Source: Mycobacterium leprae TN
Lineage (GTDB): Bacteria > Actinomycetota > Actinomycetes > Mycobacteriales > Mycobacteriaceae
NCBI RefSeq assembly: GCF_000195855.1
Contig: NC_002677.1
Coordinates: forward strand, 810,001-842,000
Direction of reading: 5' to 3'
DNA length: 32,000 nt
Positions 9,971 to 21,157 of this stretch are shown in pieces. The translations under genes were made by a program, and so were the position numbers. How positions within the stretch are numbered: the first letter of the stretch is position 1; each line of letters opens with the position of its first letter. The notes under the pieces are model-generated. The model had not been told where the DNA came from. It did no database searches and was given only the letters and a program-made list of their open reading frames with translations.

Positions 9971-11182
9971 ATGTCCAATGAACCCAAGATCAAAGTCGAA
10001 GGCCCGGTAGTCGAAGCTCGGTGGTGATGAGATGATCTGCGTAGTCTGGAAACTTATCAAAGGACATGTTTGATCCTGTTGCATCTGGATATCAACCTGG
10101 ACTATTACGAACTGGACATCGAGCATCGCGATTGCATTGACGACCAGATAACGATCGACACCGACCATGCCATTAAGAAGCACGGTGTGGATGTTAAGTG
10201 TGTCATGGCCACCCCTGACGAGGCCCCTTTCCAGGAATGCGATCTGAAGGAGATGTGAATGTTGCCCAAAGGGACTATTCGAAATATTTTGATCGGAAAT
10301 ATTTTTCGCGAACCGCTTGTAATCGCTAATGTATCGCTACTGGTTTTGAGTTGGGCCAAAAAGATTGTCATGGTAAACCAAAATTTTTGGTGATCAGTAT
10401 CGGACAATCAACTTCAAAATTAGCCAGTCCGGCTCCTTCTCAATCACTTTCACTTCATCCGAAGGCAACGAGCCGATCGTGCACAAGTATCAAGTATGGT
10501 GTCGATCCCCTCCGATGGTGGTGTCGTGCAAGGCGCTACAACTTCAAGGATTCCATCCGCGATTTCGTGCACGTCGTTTTCTTATGGCTTGAACGCTAAG
10601 TGGCTGGTGTACCTGTTGACTAAGAATACCATTTTCAAGGTCTGCGACGGCATGTTAAAAGACACGTTCCGTCGCAGTCTAAGACGAGGAATTCAAGGAC
10701 GAGTTCGAAGCCGCCGGGCTGATCTACGGGCGTTGGCTTATAGACGAGATGCTAGCAGCCTGCCTCGAGTGGGTGGGCGGCTACGTGTGGGTCTGCAAGA
10801 AGTATGACGGCGACATGCAATACAGACATCGTCGCGCAAAGCTACGATTCGCTAGGACTGATGACGGCTGACGGTAAGGCGGGCGAGGCTGTGCACGACA
10901 CCGTCACCCGGCATTTTCGACAGTATCAAGCCGACCTCGACAAATCCGATCACCTCGATCTTAGCTTGGACGTGCGGACTGCAGCATCGCGGCAAGCTGG
11001 ACGGCACTTCGGAAGTGGTTGACTTCACCCAGAAGCTGGAAGAGTGTTGTCATCGGCACGATCGAGAGCGGGGAAGATTACCAAGAACTTGGCCTCCCTC
11101 AATCGGTTCTGAACAAGACTGGCAAAACAGCGAGGAATTTCTCAATTCAATCGCCGACAATCTGAAGAAGGCGCTCGGCTAA
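9971..11182 (+). pseudogene. icd1: NADP-dependent isocitrate dehydrogenase (dimeric type, Rv3339c-like) pseudogene
   Basis: ATG at 9971 gives MSNEPKIKVEGPVVE, then a frameshift. Later fragments: LDINLDYYELDIEHRDCIDDQITIDTDHAIKKHGVDVKC, GTIRNILIGNIFREPLVIANV, FSYGLNAKWLVYLLTKNTIFKVCDGMLKD, TSTNPITSILAWTCGLQHRGKLDG. It ends SEEFLNSIADNLKKALG with TAA at 11180-11182. Many stops. Confidence 0.85.
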
Positions 11183-12090
11183 CTCGCTGGGCTAGCGGCC
11201 TCGGCCGGCTTGCTGCATTGGTTGATGAAGTTGGTGATGAGCTTGGTGATTACCTCGGGCGCTTCGAACATCGGAACGTGCCCCATGCCATCGAACTTGG
11301 TGACCTGGGTTCTTTCGGGCAGGTGGTCGGTGAAATGACGGCTGTATTTGGGCGGCGGGAGCACGCGGTCCTTCTCACAGAGCACCAACAGAACGGGCAC
11401 AGTGATATCCGCCAATTCTCGTAGCCCAGGCTGTAGCAACGTCTTGATCAGCAGCAGGAAGTAAGCTGGGCAGTGCCCGGCATCCTCTACGATGTTGCGC
11501 AATTGGTGTTCGCTCAGCCCTGCCGGCGATCCGGTCAGCGGCAGGCTGGCTAACCGGTGGCTGAACGGTAGGGATAACGCCCGCGAACCGAGCCCGCGGG
11601 CCACCGCCACCAATGGCATCCCAGCGACGAACTTGGCGATCACTTCGAACTTAGCCAGGCTCCAGCGTGTCCAACCGCCCGCCGGGGCGATACCGGTGAC
11701 GCTACGTGCCCGCCCACGCCGCTCGAGCTCGAAGACGACCCACCCACCGAGCGAGTTGCCGACCAGGTGGGCGGTATCCCAGCCCAGTTCGTCCAGTTGC
11801 TGCTCAACATGGTCGGCCAGAGTCGAAACGCTCATCATCCAACTGCTCGCGGACGGTCCACCGTGGTGGGCGGCCATCGTCGGAGCGAATACCTCGTATC
11901 GTTCGGTGTTGGCCAACTGTGGGGCCACAATCTCCCACACCGTCTGGGACATCATGAACGGGTGTAGCAGGAGGACCGGCTCTCCAGAACCAAGGTGAAT
12001 CGGCTGGCGCATGCTGCCGACTCTAAAGGTGGTACCCCGGGTACCGCAAGCTACCACTGGCCGGTGTCGCTGGTGTTGGCAGGCCGGCAC
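11179..12090 (-). CDS. alpha/beta-fold hydrolase (Rv3337/Rv3338-like)
   Basis: Uninterrupted 303-codon ORF. It has HLGSGEPVLLLHPF, the nucleophile elbow VGNSLGGW and a C-terminal GHVPMFE. The start is uncertain: GTG 12090, GTG 12057 or ATG 12012. Confidence 0.75.
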   Translation of the reverse strand: MPACQHQRHRPVVACGTRGTTFRVGSMRQPIHLGSGEPVLLLHPFMMSQTVWEIVAPQLANTERYEVFAPTMAAHHGGPSASSWMMSVSTLADHVEQQLDELGWDTAHLVGNSLGGWVVFELERRGRARSVTGIAPAGGWTRWSLAKFEVIAKFVAGMPLVAVARGLGSRALSLPFSHRLASLPLTGSPAGLSEHQLRNIVEDAGHCPAYFLLLIKTLLQPGLRELADITVPVLLVLCEKDRVLPPPKYSRHFTDHLPERTQVTKFDGMGHVPMFEAPEVITKLITNFINQCSKPAEAASPAS

Positions 12091-12110
12091 GGATGAAAAG
12101 GCTCACGTGA

Positions 12111-13157
<1,047 letters not shown>

Positions 13158-13168
13158 GGCTTATCGCC

Positions 13169-14110
13169 ATGACGGAACCGGCCAACACGGGGATTATTGA
13201 TCGGCTGCGGGGCCGGTTCAGATGGCTCGACCATGTTGTGCGCGCACACCAGCGCTTCGACGAGCGCAACGGCAGCTTTTTCGCGGCCGGTCTCACCTAC
13301 TACACTATCTTCGCGCTGTTTCCTATGTTGATGGTAAGTTTCTCGGTGGTGGGATTAGTGCTGTTTCGTCGTCCGGAGTTATTGACCACGATCGATGACC
13401 ACATTCGGTCTGCGGTATCTAGTCAGCTGGGACAGGAGCTGGTCGACTTGATGAATCGGGCGATCGATGCACGCGCGTCCGTCGGTGTCGTTGGCCTGGC
13501 TACCGCGGCGTGGGCTGGTCTGTGCTGGATGTCGCATTTCCGTGCGGCGTTGACCAAAATGTGGTGGGAGCACCATATCGATCCATCGAGCTTGCTACGC
13601 AACAAACTGTCTGATCTCTTGGCGATGGTGGGAACATTCGTGGTATTCTTGACCACCCTAGCGCTCACCGTGCTGAGCCATCAGGCACCGATGGCCGCTA
13701 TACTGAGATGTATTGGAATAACTCACTTTTTTGTGTTCGGTGTGATTTTTCAGGGTGCGTCGGTCTTGGTGTCAACGCTGGTGTCCTGGTTGTTGTTTAC
13801 TTGGATGATTGCCTGGTTACCGCGGAAGTCTGTCAATTTGGTTGCCTCGATGCGTGGCGGGTTGATAGCTGCCGTAGGGTTCGAACTTTTCAAGCAAGTG
13901 GGGTCGATCTACCTGCAGATAGTGCTACGCAGCCCGGCAGGCAGCGTGTTTGGTCCGGTGCTTGGTGTTATGGTGTTCTCCTATTTCACAGCGTATTTGG
14001 TTTTGTTCGCAGCCTCCTGGGCAGCGACAGCGGAGTTGTGCATGAAGCCTGTCAGCGTTCAGCTCCCGTGGTCATATCTTTTCCCGGGTAGAGACGAAAG
14101 CGGGTCCTAG
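13169..14110 (+). CDS. YihY/BrkB (ribonuclease BN-like) family integral membrane protein (Rv3335c-like)
   Basis: 313-aa ORF. After an N-terminal RFDERNGSFFAAGLTYYTIFALFP (family signature) come about 6 hydrophobic segments. It starts 11 nt after the trpS stop. Confidence 0.75.
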   Translation: MTEPANTGIIDRLRGRFRWLDHVVRAHQRFDERNGSFFAAGLTYYTIFALFPMLMVSFSVVGLVLFRRPELLTTIDDHIRSAVSSQLGQELVDLMNRAIDARASVGVVGLATAAWAGLCWMSHFRAALTKMWWEHHIDPSSLLRNKLSDLLAMVGTFVVFLTTLALTVLSHQAPMAAILRCIGITHFFVFGVIFQGASVLVSTLVSWLLFTWMIAWLPRKSVNLVASMRGGLIAAVGFELFKQVGSIYLQIVLRSPAGSVFGPVLGVMVFSYFTAYLVLFAASWAATAELCMKPVSVQLPWSYLFPGRDESGS

Positions 14111-14159
14111 CACACGTTAGGCGCTGACCACGATGGCCGTGGGAGCCGTTGTTGCGCTG

Positions 14160-15363
14160 TTATTTTCCGACTATCCCGCTGATCACCCGATCCCCGGTTA
14201 CTGTGACGGAGGCCAGGTGTGGACCGGGCCGGCTGTCTGCCCAGTTGCCATGAGCCATGACGGACGTTATCTGCAAATCATGTTCTAGTACAACAAGATT
14301 GAAGTACAGATCTGCCCTAAGGCTGTCCACGCTGTCGAATCCGAGAGCCCGGGCTGGTGCCGCCGCGGTCATCTGAACTGCGGCGGCCAGCTCCGCATCA
14401 AAGTCCTGAACCGATGCTGAGCCGGTTTGGACAACTCTGCAGAAGGGTTTACCCTATCCACGGCAGGAGTGCTGCTGGCAATACAGCGAAGTTTTCTGAA
14501 CGCGAACCACATTGGACACTACTTCGATCTAAACCGCACCAAGCAGAAACGTTCCGTAGTCACAGCTGGACGCGGTGATTGCATCGAATACCACGGTGAC
14601 CCGGTTAGGACCCGCAGCATGAATCACGGCGTGCACTGCGCTGGGGGTGCACATGTGTTCCGTCGGTGATGAACTCGACAGTGACGCGCGGGTCGGCCAT
14701 TAAAGCTAGCGCGGGTCCGGGTGCGCGCTGGTGCGGTGGCGGTATCGCGTAGATGGTTTCCGACGGTCGCTCTCAGGGTGACGGCTTGGGTTGCCTGCGT
14801 ATGTGATTCATACGTATGTCCCACGGCGACAACAACACCTGTGTCACGAAAGTGCTGCGTAGTTGATCGTTTCCACGCAGCTCGGGTGCCAGTGTGACCA
14901 TACGGGTCGCTTCAGCACCGGTGGTGCGTATGGCTTAGATTTCCAGTGTTATCCGGGTAACGTAACTGCGTGCTGTCGTGTGCTATGCACTGTGCCGTGC
15001 TCAACCACGTTCTCTCCAGGTGAATTTTTGCCGCAATGCCCCGGCGCGTTGCCTAGACGAATTCTCATACCGAGCCGGCGAATTCTGCAGGCATGTCGTT
15101 GAGCAAATTGGCCAGAGTCATCGTAATATATTGCAGCAGTTGAAATTCGGAGTTCATAGCCACCCATGGCGTTTTCCGTCTACGTACGATCTGCAGCGGA
15201 AGTGCACATTCACGTTGATAAAACCATTAATTACAATTAATTGGGAAAATACTGTCTTCAGACAGAAGAGATGTGTCGGTACCGCAGGCCAAGATCTGCC
15301 AGCCGGCTGTCTGTAGCCAGTTTGGTCGGCAGATTTGTTCGTCGATGGCCACTGTTCCGGCAC
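14160..15363 (-). pseudogene. nagA: N-acetylglucosamine-6-phosphate deacetylase pseudogene
   Basis: Starts at the minus-strand GTG at 15363. Fragments: INGFINVNVHFRC (compare PGFVDxHxHGGGG), VAVGHTYESHTQATQAVTLRATVGNHL (compare VGHTxATYxQ...GATxxTHLFNAM), and the C-terminal ORF 14160..14372 with AAAPARALGF...RADL..LEHDLQITSVMAHGNW. Multiple frameshifts. Confidence 0.75.
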
Positions 15364-15372
15364 TGATCACGA

Positions 15373-16318
15373 TCACAGGGTCCGTGTCACCTTGTGCAGC
15401 CCGAGCGGACTATCGGGCTCTTAACTGTGGGCAATAGCCAGGTGAAGTGCTAGCTTCTGCGACGGAAAGATTTTCAGCACCGGCGACAGTTCATCGGGTT
15501 GCCTGCTGGGCAACGCGATCCGACCTGCCAAGTGCCCAGGCGTGGGGCCAGTGCCGATCACGAAAATGTCGGCCCCACGTTCTGTCAAGCGAGACAACGT
15601 CGGCAGTATTGCTCGGCCGCTGGTGCCTTCGAGGACGATGGCTAACACCAGTCACCTGGGTGTCCACTGTGGCAAGCGCACTGTGCAGCAAGTTGTCACT
15701 CGAAAAAGCCTGAAAAGAAAGGTAGCACGTCTACATCAGGTTGAGTGCTGTTTCGCAGGCTGTAGGATAGGAGTAGCCATGTCCGGTGATGATCAACCGT
15801 TGAGTGAACCGTTAGTGCTGGGCGAAGGGGACGACATCGTACGCCAGCATGTGTTCACCCAGTTTCGGCAGCTGGGTCGGGTGTGCACCGTCGGAACCAC
15901 TTAGCTGACCGAACAGTAAATACAATGTTAGCAGTTCGGCGGTGTATGACTTGGTTGCTGCAACCGAACGCTCCGTCCTGGCGAGCACGTTTACGTGGAT
16001 TTCGGCGGCAGCCGCCACGTCGGAGTTCGGGTTGTTGGTCATGGTCAGGTTCAATGTGCCCTAGCTGACGGGCCATCTCGACGGATCGCATCAGGTCCGG
16101 TGAGCCGCCAGACCGGTTAGAGCATGTTGTGCGGTTTCGTGCGGATCCCGTTATTATTGTCGTTGACGGGGACACCAGGCCGGCAACCTGGGGATGATTT
16201 CGGTGAGGTATTGGGCTTTTGTGCTGCGTAGTCACTGCTACAACAAGCAATAAAAAACGTGAATCGATTTGCGGAAGAGGAGATCCGGTCTATCTCAGCG
16301 CTGACCTGGAGCGGTCAT
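15373..16318 (-). pseudogene. SIS-domain sugar-phosphate isomerase/deaminase (GlmS C-terminal-like / AgaS-like) pseudogene
   Basis: Minus-strand fragments: FIACCSSDYAAQK (compare VARGSSDNAA), SPDLMRSVEMARQLG, and ORF 15812..16054 with ERSVAATKSYTAELLTLYLL. ORF 15421..15648 has RLTERGADIFVIGTG. It ends GLHKVTRTL with TGA, 9 nt before the nagA GTG. Several stops. Confidence 0.6.
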
Positions 16319-16380
16319 AATCGACTATTAGCGACAGTAGATGTTTCTTCAAACCAGAGCTTGCCCGTTTCCCAGAAGTG

Positions 16381-17850
16381 TTAGAGCCCCTCGGGTTGGC
16401 GAACTTTGGTCTCTGGCGTGTACCGATAAACAACAGTGAAAGCAATCGAAGCAAATAGCCTAAACACTGCTAAAGCTTCTGTGACACTTAGTGAATGAGG
16501 TATAGTCGGTAAGCTTATGGCGACGATCGCGTTGGTCACCAGATTGGAAGGGAAGTTAGCATGGCGTTTGACCCCATCGACTGCAGCAGAGTCGGGCATG
16601 CTTGGCCAGCTTACACTCACACTAGCAAGCCGAACCCGAAGCTAAAGTCTATGCTGAACAACAGCACGTTGCCGAATTCTTATAACGGCCTAGCACCGCT
16701 GAATCCTTGGGTGAACAAAGCAATCAACACGACGTCGTCGGTGCTTATGGCTGCGATGCCGGCTAACAGAATCTGGCGCTGACCTCTCCAGGCGACCAAA
16801 AACCAGCACGGTACACACCGCCGCAACGCCGGCTAACTACACCAGAGCCGGCAACGTCAGCAGAGCGATGTTGTTCTGAAAGCCCATGGCTGCAAACAGC
16901 TGAGAGCTGTAGTAGACGACCAATTTAATGCCGGTAGTCTGGGCGAGAAAGCCCAGGGTGATCACGAAAATGGTGGCCCACCGATACGACCACCACAGCA
17001 TGGGGCTACGCTACCATTGTCTTCGCTGAGGACATGGGTGATCTCGGCAAGCTCGGTCCGACGCGGTTTTCGAGCTCCACTTTGCTGCAGCGCCCGGCGG
17101 GCGTCGAAGACCCGGACATTCAGTTGGCACCAGCGCGCAGTGCATGGCATGCGCGCCAATTATCGACAGCAACAGCGCCGCGGCCACCACAGTTGAACCC
17201 CAGAATCCATTGCCAACTGTGCGTACCAACCAGCAGGTAATTGGTCAGATAGCCGAGATGGTACCGCTGACGATCGCCACTTAATAGGTGGTCAGCCACG
17301 ATCCGCGCACCGCGACCGGTGAGGATTCCCCGAGGTACACCGGTACGATCACCACGGTCATGCTGATGGTGGGGCCAGCCAATAGCATAGGCGACGAGAC
17401 CGAGCGTGCACCCAGGAGTGCGAAGACCATATAGCCTACGGGGATCAGCACTATCGACTTCTGACGTCCGATTGCATTGGTGAGTACGCTGGCGCTGAAC
17501 GCTTTGGCGATCTGGCCGAGCACCGTCGATCGTCGTCAGCAGTTTTTGTTGCCTTGTGGTAAGGACGAATTGATCAGTGATGAACATCAGCGCTGCCGGC
17601 GATGCCGGAAAGGACCTAGTCTTAGATGCCGGAAAGGACCTAGTCTTAGATGATGTCGACGCTGGACAACGGTGAGCCCAACCATTAGTCTGTACTGCTA
17701 AGGGCGAATCAGCTGACCGACACCCGGTCGTTGCGCAACTCAAGGACACGGTCGGAGCGTTCGAAGGTAAGACACATCGAGAACCAGGGAAACGTCCTGG
17801 TTAAGGGTCTTCATCACGGCAGAGACGCCACCACAACCAAAATGTTGTGA
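16381..17850 (-). pseudogene. sugI: MFS sugar transporter (sugI-like) pseudogene
   Basis: The C-terminal ORF 16381..16620 ends FTVVYRYTPETKVRQPEGL (compare the sugar-porter ETKGRSLEEI tail). ORF 17281..17523 has VIVPVYLGESSPVAVRGS (compare the PVYxxEIxPxxxRG motif). Heavily frameshifted. The 5' limit is approximate. Confidence 0.65.
17601..17648. repeat. perfect 24-bp tandem duplication (GATGCCGGAAAGGACCTAGTCTTA x2)
   Basis: Read directly: 17601-17624 equals 17625-17648, followed by a partial GATG. It appears as KTRSFPAS x2 in the minus-strand ORF 17120..17749, inside the sugI remnant. Confidence 0.95.
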
Positions 17851-17876
17851 ATGAAATCCAGATTGTTCAGGCCTGT

Positions 17877-19112
17877 TCAGTGTTGTGGCCGGCGGTTTAG
17901 CGAACGCGTGATCATGATTAAGCCGAACACGATCAACGTACCGACGACCGCTACGCCTATTCGTACCGGAAGCGTGTCGTTTGATGACATGATTCCGGCG
18001 GCTTGTAGGCCATGGCCGTGCCGATCTGCGTTACCGGCCACCGTGGGGTCGGGTTCGATCAGTGTGCCTATCTGGGTTCCGACTGCGGTGCTAAAGCCAT
18101 AGTCCAACAAGTGCGCTGCTTGTTCCCACGGCGCAATCGGCTGCCGGGTCCCGTGTAGCAGCACCGCCATCAGCCGTCGACCATTACGGTTGGCGGCGCC
18201 CACAAACGTTTGGCCAGCGTCGTCGGTGTAGCCGGTCTTGCCGCCCAACGCACCCGGATATTGGTAGAGCAACTGGTTGTCGTTTTCCAGCTGGTAGCCG
18301 GGATGGTCGCCGGGACCGGGGAAATTGAAGGTCCGGGTAGCGACGATGTTGCTGAACGAGGGGTTCTGCCAGGCGTACCGGTAGAACAAGCCGATGTCGT
18401 AGGCCGACGTGCTCATGCCCGGCCCGTCCAGCCCCGATGGCGTTGCTACCCGAGTATCCTGGCCGCCGAGTTTGGCGGCCAGCACGTTGATCTTCTGCAG
18501 CGCTTGCTGCATACCGCCGAGCTGCATGGCCAACGAGTGCGCGGCGTCATTGCCCGACTGCATCAACAACCCGTGCAGTAGTTGGTTGATAGTGTATGTG
18601 CCGCCGTCGTGGACGCCGACCTTGGTGCCCTCGGCGGCGGCGTCCTCGGCAGTTCCGGCGACCGATTTGTTAAGGTTGAGCGTGTTGATGGACGCCATGG
18701 CTAACAGCACTTTAATGATGCTGGCCGGGCGGTGTCGGCCGTGTGGATCGCGGGCAGCGATGACGGCGCCGCTGTTCAGATCCGCCACCAGCCACGCCTC
18801 GGCGGAGAGGTCACCTGGTACTGGCGGCGTGTCTGGAGCGGTGACGATTCCGCAGCTGTTCAGTGCCGCGCCGCCGACCGGTTTGGGCGGCACTGCCAGC
18901 GGCATCGGTGGGTTACCGGTTTGGGGGACTTCCGACGAGTCCACCGCTGGTGGAGTGGACACCTGGTATGGGCATGTTGCTGGACCGGCGTTGGGTCCGG
19001 CATTCGGTTCGGCATGTCCGACTGGCACGGCGGTAGGCAGGTCCAGCGCGACTGGTCCAACGATCGCGAAAACTGCTGCTGCCAGGCATGCGGTGGAACG
19101 TAAAAAAGACAT
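17877..19112 (-). CDS. dacB1: D-alanyl-D-alanine carboxypeptidase (S11 family penicillin-binding protein)
   Basis: 411-aa ORF. It has an N-terminal signal peptide, SxxK (ASIIKVL), SGN (MQSGNDAA), KTG (GGKTGYT) and a C-terminal membrane anchor [15 protein letters not shown]. Confidence 0.92.
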   Translation of the reverse strand: MSFLRSTACLAAAVFAIVGPVALDLPTAVPVGHAEPNAGPNAGPATCPYQVSTPPAVDSSEVPQTGNPPMPLAVPPKPVGGAALNSCGIVTAPDTPPVPGDLSAEAWLVADLNSGAVIAARDPHGRHRPASIIKVLLAMASINTLNLNKSVAGTAEDAAAEGTKVGVHDGGTYTINQLLHGLLMQSGNDAAHSLAMQLGGMQQALQKINVLAAKLGGQDTRVATPSGLDGPGMSTSAYDIGLFYRYAWQNPSFSNIVATRTFNFPGPGDHPGYQLENDNQLLYQYPGALGGKTGYTDDAGQTFVGAANRNGRRLMAVLLHGTRQPIAPWEQAAHLLDYGFSTAVGTQIGTLIEPDPTVAGNADRHGHGLQAAGIMSSNDTLPVRIGVAVVGTLIVFGLIMITRSLNRRPQH

Positions 19113-19289
19113 CGTGTGTGCAGAGTAGGCGATCGGGCGTCTAGTTAGCGTAAGCCACGCTGTGATTGATGGTACAGAAGTTGCAAAGTGTGCTAACTCA
19201 CCTTGGCAGGCGATATACGGACAACGTGCGAACGGGCTTTCGCGGTAAACGCGGTATCCGACCAGTCCGCGTGCCGACTCTAAACTAAT

Positions 19290-19985
19290 TGGAATCCGGA
19301 GAGTTGAGCCATGAGGTCAAGTTCGGCTGGTGCTATGATTCATAGCGCGGACTGCGCAACAGGTGAGCCTGTTTTGCCATTGCCGAAACGAAAGTCATGT
19401 GAGACAGACCTCTGGTGTTAGGACGTCATTAGGTATCCAGGTTGATTTAGTCGGGCTCGCAATCAAACATCGCTTCCTGCTGTCCGAGCGGGAGTGTGCG
19501 TAGCTTTGGCACAACAACTCGATTACGAAGCGCTCGCTGGGGGCGAGTTATAGTGTGTTGCATTGTGGAAGCAGAAGTCCCGCTCGGTTTCTTGGGGAAG
19601 TGGGTTGGAGATTGTGTTGTAGGCGAATATTAGGAAATGCTATATTAGCCTGCCAGCCACGGTGGTGGTCATGTTGTCCGCGACGACGGGAATTTGTTTC
19701 AGCGGCCTTTTCGCGGAACTGGGCGGTTATCGCATGGGATAAGTGCGATGCCGGTGACGGACACACCACACCCGCTTAGCGGGATAGCCACTCGGCCAGT
19801 GTCTATAGCGAATTTTAACTCCCGGCCACCTGACGCGATCTCGATGAGATACTCAATTGTCGGCTCTTGTACCTCGGGTGCAAACCATCTCGGTATCTGG
19901 GGTGTCATACCGCTGTGCCACGTTGGGGTCCCAAATCTCCTCCTGGAACACGGCGCTGATTATGTCGACTTATGTCGACCGGCAC
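19290..19985 (-). pseudogene. class I SAM-dependent methyltransferase pseudogene
   Basis: Minus-strand fragments: DIISAVFQEEIWDPNVAQRYDTP; ORF 19699..19908 with FAPEV..PTIEYLIEIASGGRELKFAIDTGRVAIPLSGCGVSVTGIAL (SAM motif I region); then FAYNTISNPLPQETERDFCFHNATH (compare VYNTISNLLTQDEQ). The frame is broken by the 10-bp duplication and further stops. The 3' limit is approximate. Confidence 0.55.
19961..19980. repeat. perfect 10-bp tandem duplication (TATGTCGACT/TATGTCGACC, core TATGTCGAC x2)
   Basis: Read directly at 19961-19970 and 19971-19980. It lies 5 nt downstream (minus sense) of the candidate GTG start at 19985 of the methyltransferase remnant. Confidence 0.9.
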
Positions 19986-20002
19986 ATCGTAGCTTTCAAC
20001 GA

Positions 20003-21157
20003 TTATCGGATTATCGCGTGCGCCTGCAGCCGCGTGCAGGCCTCGGTGAGCATGCCGCACAGGAAGATGGATTCGATGGTGTCCACAACTTGGCCTGATC
20101 AACTGATCAACGGCGGCGCCAGCTGGATGACGGAATCGCCGCGGTCGTCGGTGTGACCATACAGCCCGGCCGCAAAGAGCGCCGACGAAACGGTACCCAG
20201 CAGCTCTCGGCGTTACTCGTCAGAGAAGGTCTGCTTGGTCGCCTGGTCTTTGACTAGTTCTATGCTGAAGAAATAACCCTCGCCGCGGACATCGCCTACG
20301 ATCGGCAGGTCATGCAATTTCTCCAGGGTGGCGCACAACGCGGGTGAGTGCTGCTTTACCGGCTAGTTGAGGTTCTCGCGCTTGAAGACGTCGAGGTTGG
20401 CCAGCGCGACGACTGTCGATATCGGGTGATCGCCGAGCGTATAGCCGTGCGGAAACAACGTCTTGCCATCGTTGAAAAGTTTGAACACGACGGTCACTGG
20501 CGATTATCGCGCCCAGCAGTGAATAGCCCAACGTCAGCCTGGTGGCGCGGGTTTTATCATGCCGGGCTGGTAGCCGAAGTCGTCACAGGTGAACATAGAC
20601 CCAGTCCGGCCGAACGCACAGATAACCTTGTTGAAGACAAGTAGTACGTCGTATTCGTCGCAGATCTCGCGGACCCGCTCAAAATAGCCAAGGGAGGAGG
20701 TGGTAATGGAATCACCTGCGTTCCGCACCGGTTCCAAGAAGATCGCGGCAACGGTCTGGGGTCCTTCGAACTTGATTCACCTCGGTTGTCCGGTCAGCAG
20801 CCCACTGCACGAAGGCCTTGATGTCGGGTATGGAGCAGCTCGGGCTTGTGTTGACACCCCGGAAGCCGCCGAACGTCACCGGCTCGAACGGCGCTTTGAA
20901 AAATGGTAGTCCGGTAATCGCTAGTGCGCCTTGGGTGGCGCATGGTAGGCGATAGAGCACGAAATGGCCTTATGTTTGTCGGGTTTGCTGTTGAGCCTGA
21001 AGTACTGATTGGCAAGTTTCTACGCGGTTGCGACCGTTTTGGTGCCGCCGGCTGATGAAGAACACTCTGTTTAAGTCGCCCGGAGAGCATAGTGGGCTAG
21101 ATGTTCGGCGAATTCGATCGCAAGCGGTGTGGCGTATCCCCACAGTGGAAAGAACCC
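20003..21157 (-). pseudogene. class III (omega) aminotransferase (Rv3329-like) pseudogene, 5'-truncated
   Basis: Minus-strand fragments: GFFPLWGYATPLAIEFAEHLA, GGTKTVATA.KLANQYFRLNSKPDKHKAISCSIAYH, and ORF 20534..20737 with LEPVRNAGDSITTSSLGYFERVREICDEYDVLLVFNKVICAFGRTGSMFTCDDFGYQPGMI. The tail is VIQLAPPLIS...VVDTIESIFLCGMLTEA with TAA at 20003-20005. About 80-90 N-terminal codons are missing. Confidence 0.75.

Noticed and set aside
15225-15242. AT-rich motif ATTAATTACAATTAATT
   Set aside because: It lies inside the decayed nagA remnant. It is short, low-complexity and probably the product of neutral drift, with no regulatory context.
18950-19010. PNAGPNAGP repeat near the N-terminus of the dacB1-like protein
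   Set aside because: The DNA copies are not identical. It is only two short units in a low-complexity linker after the signal peptide. Not convincing as a tandem-repeat locus.
18409-19128. 239-aa plus-strand ORF, plus ORFs 18210..18581 and 18732..19103
   Set aside because: They are antisense or alternative-frame to the dacB1-like gene, which carries SxxK/SGN/KTG. Their composition is Ala/Ser/Pro/Gly-rich, as expected for off-frame GC-rich sequence.
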